Shown one piece after another: positions 33,995 to 40,691 of a DNA stretch of 40,691 nt. This DNA comes from Phycisphaerales bacterium (GTDB lineage Bacteria; Planctomycetota; Phycisphaerae; SM23-33). A model generated the notes under the pieces. It had not been told where the DNA came from, searched no databases, and worked only from the letters and a program-made list of their open reading frames with translations. Made by a program: the position numbers and the translations under genes. The stretch's first letter is position 1, and each line of letters opens with the position of its first letter. The DNA lies in NCBI GenBank assembly GCA_018645065.1, contig JABGPF010000003.1, forward strand, positions 5,971 through 46,661, given 5' to 3'.

Positions 33995-35539
33995 TTATTC
34001 CGAATCGCTTTGGAGTGGTTTTGGCTTTCCGGTTACTTCTATGCGTTTGGGGGCTGTGATCTTCCCGGGCAGTACGAAAAGAACTGTTCCGTCGTCGAGT
34101 CGCGTTAAGTCTCGCAGCGCCAAGCCGGCTGCGTTGACTGATACTTTTGTGTCTTTGGCCCACGGACCAGTAACCTGGAACACCGCGTTGCGTTTACCTT
34201 TGCCCGCAGGATGGAACGTGAATCTGCAATGTCCCGCCGCGTTGGCTCCTAGGTGATAGCAACCTGACGATTCGTCGAATTTATCGTTGTTGGCGTCGCC
34301 TGGGGCCTGGAGATCAGGGGCGCCCATGTGGATTTTGAGCCGTCCGGGCTGATGGTACTGATCGAACGACGACTGCATGCTGACCTCTGGCGAAGCCAGC
34401 AGGTAGTTCCATCGCGCTACAGGCCCGGTGAAACTCGGTTCGATTCTTTGGTCGCTGACCGCTCCGTCGTCCCATGCGACTTTCTCGTTGAGGAACAACC
34501 CGATCTGGCGAATTTCCTTACCGCCTGCATTGTTCAGCTCGACGTTAGTCACCTGCGAACCGTCTGCATAAATGGCGTGAGTCCACTTGATCTGCCTGAT
34601 CGCCAACGACGCCCATTCACCGGCGCGAGTTGGGAAATACCATGTGTTCGTGAGCCGAAGTCGCTGGGCGTTGTGCTCAAGTATTTCGACTCGCCCGACT
34701 TTGCGGCGCCCCATAACGCCCAGTTCTTCGGCTCCGCGGGCCAGGGGCGTCTGGTTTTGTGTGAGCCTCATAATGCTTTGATGCGAGCCCATACGCCACA
34801 ACCCGTCTTTGCTCTGGGCCAGCGAGATCGGTTTCTTCCGACCCGGTATAGTCAGTTCGTAATCCAGCCCGCTCTTGAGCAGTTTCACGCCTTTGGGCGT
34901 CGGTTCGATTTGGCGGCGATTATCAACCAGCATTATGTCGTCCAGGTTGAACGTTACGTCGCCAATCGCGTCGGCGAAGGCGATATCGATCTGCTGCACC
35001 GATTTGATGCTGAAGTTACTCCGCTTCGAGAGGCGTTGAATATCTATCAGCACATTATTCCATCCGGGCGTTACGAGCGTTCGATGGCTCGTCCAATCTC
35101 CGCTTTCAGATCGCAGCGTAATCTGCAGATCGTCTCGCAGCGATTCGCTGTACAACGCCATCGAGACCAGCGTATAGCCGGTGAAGTCGCGGATGTCCGA
35201 TCCGGTGAACCTCAATTTTGCGCCCGGTCCGAGCGTCGCTTCGAGGGCTCCGGCTCCGGTTCGCGTGATGTTGACTACGAACTTGCGGTCGCCGCGTTTG
35301 TTGGCCGGCCAGATGCTGAACTGCCCGACTTGCGAGTGTCCTTTCGGTCCGTCGGGGGTGTCTTCGAAATCGACCAGCGAGGCGAACAGGCCGGTAACGG
35401 TTTCAGCGTAGGCTCTGGCCTGTTGAAGCGGAAGGGGCGGAAGGGTGCTTACAGGGGTCTGGGGTTTTGATGCGGGTTCGGGGGGGGTGCAGCTGGGTAG
35501 TAATAGGGCTGCGATCAGTATGACGAATGTAACTCTCAT
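33995..35539 (-). CDS. Hypothetical lipoprotein with a probable carbohydrate-binding-like beta-sandwich
   Basis: Lipobox LPSC. LVDFED...RDFTGYTLV.M.LY...PGWNNVLIDI...FNLDDIMLV is a CBM-like jelly-roll pattern. Confidence 0.7.
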   Translation of the reverse strand: MRVTFVILIAALLLPSCTPPEPASKPQTPVSTLPPLPLQQARAYAETVTGLFASLVDFEDTPDGPKGHSQVGQFSIWPANKRGDRKFVVNITRTGAGALEATLGPGAKLRFTGSDIRDFTGYTLVSMALYSESLRDDLQITLRSESGDWTSHRTLVTPGWNNVLIDIQRLSKRSNFSIKSVQQIDIAFADAIGDVTFNLDDIMLVDNRRQIEPTPKGVKLLKSGLDYELTIPGRKKPISLAQSKDGLWRMGSHQSIMRLTQNQTPLARGAEELGVMGRRKVGRVEILEHNAQRLRLTNTWYFPTRAGEWASLAIRQIKWTHAIYADGSQVTNVELNNAGGKEIRQIGLFLNEKVAWDDGAVSDQRIEPSFTGPVARWNYLLASPEVSMQSSFDQYHQPGRLKIHMGAPDLQAPGDANNDKFDESSGCYHLGANAAGHCRFTFHPAGKGKRNAVFQVTGPWAKDTKVSVNAAGLALRDLTRLDDGTVLFVLPGKITAPKRIEVTGKPKPLQSDSE

Positions 35540-35587
35540 GATCGTGGGATTATAACCGCTTGTTGTTCTTGTGGCCCGTGAGTATAT

Positions 35588-35629
35588 AAAAAAACCGGCC
35601 CGGGCAGGTGGTGTCCTGTCCGGGCCGGT
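35588..35629 (-). terminator. Rho-independent terminator of secDF
   Basis: 15-bp GC-rich stem (14/15: ACCGGCCCGGaCAGG / CCTGcCCGGGCCGGT) with a 6-nt loop, followed by a T run on the minus strand. Confidence 0.85.
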
Positions 35630-35655
35630 GATTGTTGCGTCGATCAGGCTTGTTG

Positions 35656-38600
35656 TCAGGAGGCCTGGGGTTCTTCTGTCTCGTCTGCGGTCTTGAACAC
35701 CAATGCCTTGCGGAAGCCCATAAGCAGCGGGCTGGCGATGGCGATTGACGAATAGGTTCCGAACAGCACGCCGACCAGCAGTGCGAAGCTGAACGGTCGG
35801 ATCGCCGCTCCGCCTGCGATGTACATGATCAAGACGACTATCAAAGTAGTAGTCGAGGTAAGCAGTGTTCGTCCTAACGTCTGGTTGACTGACGCGTTGA
35901 GCGCCATCGACGATACGCTGGCGAGTTTACCGCGGTTTTCGCGGATTCTATCGAATACAACGATGGTGTCGTTAACCGAGTAACCGATGACGGTGAGTAT
36001 GGCTGCAACCATCGCCAGGTCGACCTTGAACGAACCGATACCGAGTATTCCGCCCAGCGCGGTGTCGGCGATCCATACCGAAGCGGCGAGGAGGCCGACA
36101 ACGATTACGACGTCGTGTATCAGGCAGACAACGGCGGCTAGGCCCCATCGGATCGATCCGAATCTCACCCAGACGTACAGCACGATCGCCAGCCACGACA
36201 TAATGATCGCGAAGATAGCCGACTGTGCGGCGCCCGATGCGATAGCGGCGTCAAAGTTGATCGCGACGATAGCTTCTTCACGTTTCAGCGATTCGGCGAG
36301 CAGTTCGTCAAGTTCTCTGGCCAGGACTTCTTTGCTCTGAACTTCGGTTCCTTCAACCGCTCGTCCGGGTCGTGAGAATATCGCGAAGTCAGAGGCGGGT
36401 TCCTGCTCGGGTCCCGAAAGCGAAAGCACCTTGATGCGGTTTTGGACTCGTTCTGCGAATCCCGGCTGCATTTGGGTGTTTTCGATACGTTCCTGGAACG
36501 CGCGGGTGGTCATTTTCGGGCTCAGCCCGCGTAGTACGATCACCACTCCGTCGGAGAAGTCCTCCAGTGTACCGTTGTGTGTCGATGCGGGTTTTGGGAT
36601 GACTTCGGCGTAACCGTTCGAAGTAATCTCAGTGTCGATCTCGGTTACTATCGACCCGACGACTTTGACGTATCCCGCGGGGTCTTCAGTTTTCGAGAGG
36701 TAGCTGATACGCCGCTTCAGGGTCGTCCCGAAGGTTTCTGCGGCGATCTTGCTGATCTTGGGCACCGATACTTCAGTAGTCGTTATCTGGTACGACGGTT
36801 CGGGCAGGTTCTGGAGTTCGTCCGTATCCAGGACCTTGTCACTGTTCGCATCGATAATATCAAAGAACGCGATGTTTGCCTGCGGTAGGGCTTTGAATTC
36901 CGCCAGTGAGACTTTCTTGTCGTTGTCGGTGTCTCTGGCGTCCAGGAAGTTTGCGACTTTCTCGTAGTCATACCGCGTTTCAATTCTCGTTGTGTCAGCC
37001 AGTTTGCTGTACTCGTCTTTTGTGTCGCCTTGGGCGAGTTTTTCGACGTTGCCCATGAAGCGTTCTCGTACGAGTTCGGCGTTTGGCAGTTTTCCGTCGA
37101 TAAGCGCGTCGTCTTTGAACGTCACCACCGCCTGGGTGCCTGCGGAGAATTCGATGCCCAGCAGATTGCGTCCCTGCCCCAGCATCGAGCTGATTCCGAT
37201 TACGACCATGGCCCCTGAGAGCACCCAGAAGAAGTGGCGTTTCGCCATCCAGTTAACTTTGGGCACGCCGATGATGTGCATCATTTTCATCGGCTTGGTG
37301 ATGATGCCCCTGTCCAACAGCAGTTGGAATATCCATCGTGTTACGATCAGTGCGGTGAACATTGAGAACATCACACCGAACGCGAGGGTGACTGCAAACC
37401 CGCGCACTTCTTCAGTACCGACCCATCCAAGGATCATACAAGTTATCAGCGTCGTGATATTCGCATCGAAGATGGCGCTGAATGCACGCTCGTAGGCGTT
37501 TGCCATTGCCCTTCTGATAGCGGTTCCGCGTTGCTGTTCTTCTCTGAGTCGTTCGAATATCAGCACGTTTGCGTCAACGGCGATACCGACAGTAAGGATG
37601 ATGCCCGCGATGCCCGGCAGGGTGAAGACCGCGCCCATAAGGCTCATTACGCCCAGCACGAGCACGATGTTAAGCAGCAGGGCGATAATCGCCACGATAC
37701 CAGCGCTCATGTAGTAAATGCACATGAAAGCCGCTACAGCGATCAATCCGATGATGCCCGCACGGAAGCCCATGTCACGGTTGGCTTGACCGAACGTAGG
37801 TCCGAATGAACTTTCAGCCACTGGTGTTTCGATCAGCTTGGCTGGGAGCGAACCGGCTCGCAGGATTTTGATCAGCGAGGTGACTTCCTCGGTGTCGTAT
37901 GTGTTCATCGTGATGATACCGTTCGATGAGATAACGGCCTGGATAACTGGCGCCGAGTAGACTTCGTTATCCAGCAGGATCGCCATGTGTTCGCCCTGGT
38001 TGTCCTGCGTGAGTTTTCGCAGCAGGTTGGCTCCGGCTTCGTCCATGCTGAATCCGACAGCGGGCATTCCTCTTTCGTCGGAAGTTAGGTTGGCGTTGCT
38101 CAGCGACCATTTATTAACGTCGCGTCTTTGCAGCAGCGTCTTTCCCCTGACGTTGCAGAGCAGGAGATATTTCTGTCCGTCTTGCTCTTCGGTGAGCATC
38201 GAGCCGTATCCGCTCTGTCGATCACCGCTGACGGGGAACCACAAGTAAGGATCGGTTCGTCTGGCGAGCCCTTGAGGTCCTTCTTTTTTGAGCGTGTTTC
38301 GCAGAATCGCGAGGTATTTTGTGCGATCTGTGGAACTGAGCATTACTTCGCCCTGGGCGCCCGAACCTTCCAGAACCGGTGCGATTCGGAATTCGAGTGC
38401 TCCGGCTTTGGTTATCAGACGAATCAGGTCAGAGGGGTCTTCCAATTCCTGTCGCATGTTGGCCCAGGTCTTGTAGAGCTTGACTATATTCTCAACGGCT
38501 GCGACACGTTCGGGATTCTTCTCGTGTTCAGCGATGAAATTTTTGATAGTTGTATCGTAAATGTCGCTTTTTGAAGTGAGGGCCTTTTCGGCTTTGAGCT

Positions 38601-39363
38601 TACCCTTAACTTTCGCCAAGTCGCTTTTTCTCACGTAGCCCGAGAGTATGCTTCTGAGTCTCTGGGTCTCTACGTTGTAGGCCAGGACTGCGTTTTCCGC
38701 TTCTTCGTGTTCGTATTCGAGGGTTCTGATTGTCGGAGAAGCGTCAGCTTTCCCTTGCTCGTATGCTTTGTAAGCTGTTATCAGTTTGCCCAGGAGTTCT
38801 GTGAGTGTTTCATCGCCTGCTGCCAGTTTGTTGATCGTCGTGCGTCCCTTTTCGAGGTTACGCAGGGTGCTTTTCTCGATATTTCGGCTTTCGAGTTTCT
38901 GGAGCGCGAGCCTGAAGGCGTTTTTCGCCTTTTGTGTTTCCGGCTTACCTGCCGGCATGCGCACTTCAAAGCGGTTTGCGCCGACAGGGCGCCACTCGAG
39001 CATTCTCAGGCCGAGCGGATCAACGCGATCCTTGAGGATCTTGATCATATCTTCAGCCAGCGATGAGTCAGCAGCAGTGTCCCTCACCGCTTGGGCCAGA
39101 TCGTTCTCGATCCGTTTGACCGCATCGCCGAGGGATTTCTTGTCCTCGTCGGTGGTAGCCTGTGCGAGTTCTGCTTTGCGCTCAGACAGCCTGATCTTCA
39201 GGCGGTTGACCTCGTCTGCATTTGTGCGGATCTCAAACGTTAGGCTGTGTCCGCCGCGCAGGTCGATGCCTTCCTTAAGACCATTAACAGAGAGTGACCA
39301 GACACAAACGGCCACTACTAGTGTTAGGAAAGCAAATTTTAACGGTAAGTTTTTAGCGTTCAT
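35656..39363 (-). CDS. secDF: Fused protein translocase subunit SecDF (1235 aa) with large periplasmic insertions
   Basis: GIDLRGG, MAILLDNEVYSAPVI, LRAGSLPA, TLPGIAGIILTVGIAVDANVLIFER, GIEFSAG and GYSVNDTIVVFDRIREN. Confidence 0.95.
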   Translation of the reverse strand: MNAKNLPLKFAFLTLVVAVCVWSLSVNGLKEGIDLRGGHSLTFEIRTNADEVNRLKIRLSERKAELAQATTDEDKKSLGDAVKRIENDLAQAVRDTAADSSLAEDMIKILKDRVDPLGLRMLEWRPVGANRFEVRMPAGKPETQKAKNAFRLALQKLESRNIEKSTLRNLEKGRTTINKLAAGDETLTELLGKLITAYKAYEQGKADASPTIRTLEYEHEEAENAVLAYNVETQRLRSILSGYVRKSDLAKVKGKLKAEKALTSKSDIYDTTIKNFIAEHEKNPERVAAVENIVKLYKTWANMRQELEDPSDLIRLITKAGALEFRIAPVLEGSGAQGEVMLSSTDRTKYLAILRNTLKKEGPQGLARRTDPYLWFPVSGDRQSGYGSMLTEEQDGQKYLLLCNVRGKTLLQRRDVNKWSLSNANLTSDERGMPAVGFSMDEAGANLLRKLTQDNQGEHMAILLDNEVYSAPVIQAVISSNGIITMNTYDTEEVTSLIKILRAGSLPAKLIETPVAESSFGPTFGQANRDMGFRAGIIGLIAVAAFMCIYYMSAGIVAIIALLLNIVLVLGVMSLMGAVFTLPGIAGIILTVGIAVDANVLIFERLREEQQRGTAIRRAMANAYERAFSAIFDANITTLITCMILGWVGTEEVRGFAVTLAFGVMFSMFTALIVTRWIFQLLLDRGIITKPMKMMHIIGVPKVNWMAKRHFFWVLSGAMVVIGISSMLGQGRNLLGIEFSAGTQAVVTFKDDALIDGKLPNAELVRERFMGNVEKLAQGDTKDEYSKLADTTRIETRYDYEKVANFLDARDTDNDKKVSLAEFKALPQANIAFFDIIDANSDKVLDTDELQNLPEPSYQITTTEVSVPKISKIAAETFGTTLKRRISYLSKTEDPAGYVKVVGSIVTEIDTEITSNGYAEVIPKPASTHNGTLEDFSDGVVIVLRGLSPKMTTRAFQERIENTQMQPGFAERVQNRIKVLSLSGPEQEPASDFAIFSRPGRAVEGTEVQSKEVLARELDELLAESLKREEAIVAINFDAAIASGAAQSAIFAIIMSWLAIVLYVWVRFGSIRWGLAAVVCLIHDVVIVVGLLAASVWIADTALGGILGIGSFKVDLAMVAAILTVIGYSVNDTIVVFDRIRENRGKLASVSSMALNASVNQTLGRTLLTSTTTLIVVLIMYIAGGAAIRPFSFALLVGVLFGTYSSIAIASPLLMGFRKALVFKTADETEEPQAS

Positions 39364-39404
39364 TCACGGAGTCTCCTGATTGGAACCGCGTATTGTCTGT
39401 GAGT

Positions 39405-39443
39405 CAGTGTTATCGGTCAAGTGAAAGTTTGGCCTTAACACTG
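39405..39443. promoter_or_regulatory. Stem-loop in the purH-secDF intergenic region
   Basis: CAGTGTTA (39405-39412) / TAACACTG (39436-39443) with inner GGTCAA/TTGGCC. The T run follows on the plus strand. Confidence 0.4.
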
Positions 39444-39553
39444 TTTTTTAGGGACAGTCATACGCTTTAAGGCGGTTTGGACTTTCGCCCCCCATATTGG
39501 CGAAGGCACACTACCTACGCTCTGTGCGCTACTTGCGCTTATTATTTCCTGTT

Positions 39554-40690
39554 CTAATGGTTGAAATGCCTGGTTCCTGTGAAGATCATCGCCAGGCCAA
39601 GTTCATCGGCCCGCGCGATCACATCTTGATCTTTTTTGGATCCACCGGGCTCAATAACCGCCGAAGCACCTGCTTCAACCGCCCAGTCGAGGCTGTCGGG
39701 GAACGGGAAAAATGCGTCTGACGCCAGTACGCATCCGTTCATGTCGACGACATCTCCACCACCATATCCTTTGGCGAGCATACCGGCGAGTCGTGCTGAG
39801 TTGACCCGGCTCATTTGTCCGGCTCCCGCGCCGAGCAACGCCTTGTCCTTGGCCAGGACTATCGCGTTGGACTTCACGTGCTTGCAGACCAACCATGAAA
39901 ACTTCAGGTCGATCATTTCCTGCTCGGTCGGTTGACGCTTGGTTACGACTTTCCAGTCCTGGTCGTTCAGGCCCACAAGGTCGCGGTCCTGAACGAGCAC
40001 TCCGCCCACTACGTATTTCAGGAACTTTTCTTTGTTCCTGGTCTTCGTTAGCTCACCGACTTCCAGGAGCCTGACTTCCGAGCCCCAACCTTCGCGTGCC
40101 CGGATTATCTCAATGGCCTGGTCTTCGAACGACGGTGCGATAATCATTTCGGCGTAGAATCCGCCCGCCCCTGCGGGTTTACCCCAACGCTTGTATGTTT
40201 CGACTACAGCACTGGCGAGCTCGGCCGTTACCGGGCGGTTCACCGCCACAATCCCGCCCATGCAGGCGTTTACGTCGCCGAAATACGCCTTGCGATACGC
40301 TTCGACCAGATCGTCGTCGATAGCGCAACCTGCAGGATTGGCGTGTTTAATGATAGCAACGGCGGCCTGGTCGAACTCTTTAACGAGTTCCAGGGCTCCG
40401 TTTCCGTCGAAGTAGTTATTGTATGATACTTCCTTACCGCCCAGGAGTTTCGCGCGCCCGATGCATGGTTCGCTCGCATCGTCGCCAACGTAGAAGGCGC
40501 CTTTCTGGTGCGGGTTCTCACCGTATCGCAGTTCGCACATTTTGCGGTATGAGAAGCTGATTCGATCAGGTAGGTTGTCATTGGCCTGCCCACCGAGGTA
40601 CGACGAGATCGCCGTATCGTAGTGGCAGGTGAGCCCGAACGCCTGGCGAGCGAGTTTCTGTCTCAGTTCCGCCGAGACCTTACCGCCGTT
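39554..40690 (-). CDS. purH: Bifunctional AICAR transformylase/IMP cyclohydrolase (5'-partial)
   Basis: Frame is open to the window edge (...AFGLTCHYDTAISSYL...). Motifs LRYGENPHQ, SYNN, IKHANPAG, VKSNAIV, GAGQMSRV, ASDAFFPF and FTGTRHFNH. Confidence 0.97.
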   Translation of the reverse strand, partial: NGGKVSAELRQKLARQAFGLTCHYDTAISSYLGGQANDNLPDRISFSYRKMCELRYGENPHQKGAFYVGDDASEPCIGRAKLLGGKEVSYNNYFDGNGALELVKEFDQAAVAIIKHANPAGCAIDDDLVEAYRKAYFGDVNACMGGIVAVNRPVTAELASAVVETYKRWGKPAGAGGFYAEMIIAPSFEDQAIEIIRAREGWGSEVRLLEVGELTKTRNKEKFLKYVVGGVLVQDRDLVGLNDQDWKVVTKRQPTEQEMIDLKFSWLVCKHVKSNAIVLAKDKALLGAGAGQMSRVNSARLAGMLAKGYGGGDVVDMNGCVLASDAFFPFPDSLDWAVEAGASAVIEPGGSKKDQDVIARADELGLAMIFTGTRHFNH

Positions 40691-40691
40691 G

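Noticed and set aside
34328-35470. 380-aa plus-strand ORF
   Set aside because: Antisense shadow of the lipoprotein gene, with no domain signal.
39435-39494. 19-codon minus-strand uORF (MGAKVQTALKRMTVPKKQC) as a secDF-monitoring arrest peptide
   Set aside because: It has no signal or TM segment, no RAPP-like arrest motif and no convincing RBS.

Overview
40.7 kb of GC-rich bacterial chromosome, most likely from a Planctomycetota (Phycisphaerae-like) genome. The evidence is PATQP/TTQP linkers, a prepilin/H-X9-DG protein, PQQ-type beta-propeller proteins, a Tat sulfatase and an HzsA-like c-type cytochrome protein. Left end: 3' end of a repetitive extracellular protein, a probable esterase remnant, and an 821-aa HzsA-like protein with two CxxCH motifs. 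Accessory patch at about 4.4-7.5 kb: a strongly eukaryote-like ERI-family 3'-5' exonuclease, a Cys-rich tail-anchored orphan, a 257-bp MITE with 21-bp TIRs and an 8-bp target-site duplication, a Panacea (SocA/DUF4065) antitoxin with a PemK/MazF-like partner, and a dinD remnant. Next comes a sulfatase, then a 12-kb + strand cluster: a CxC membrane protein, a MacB/LolD-type ABC pair, two ModA-like binding proteins with permease and ATPase, and two PQQ-type propellers. After that: an HPS-RraA fusion plus PHI (ribulose-monophosphate enzymes), a small protein/HTH-acidic-TM/OmpA-MotB trio, and system II cytochrome c maturation genes. The minus-strand block holds holA, an unannotated 40-aa membrane peptide, prfA, rpmE, a HEAT protein, a prepilin-like protein, a lipoprotein, an enlarged SecDF with an EF-hand pair, and purH (5'-partial). 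No rRNA, tRNA or CRISPR array was seen. All family calls come from motif recognition by eye; no database search was run.
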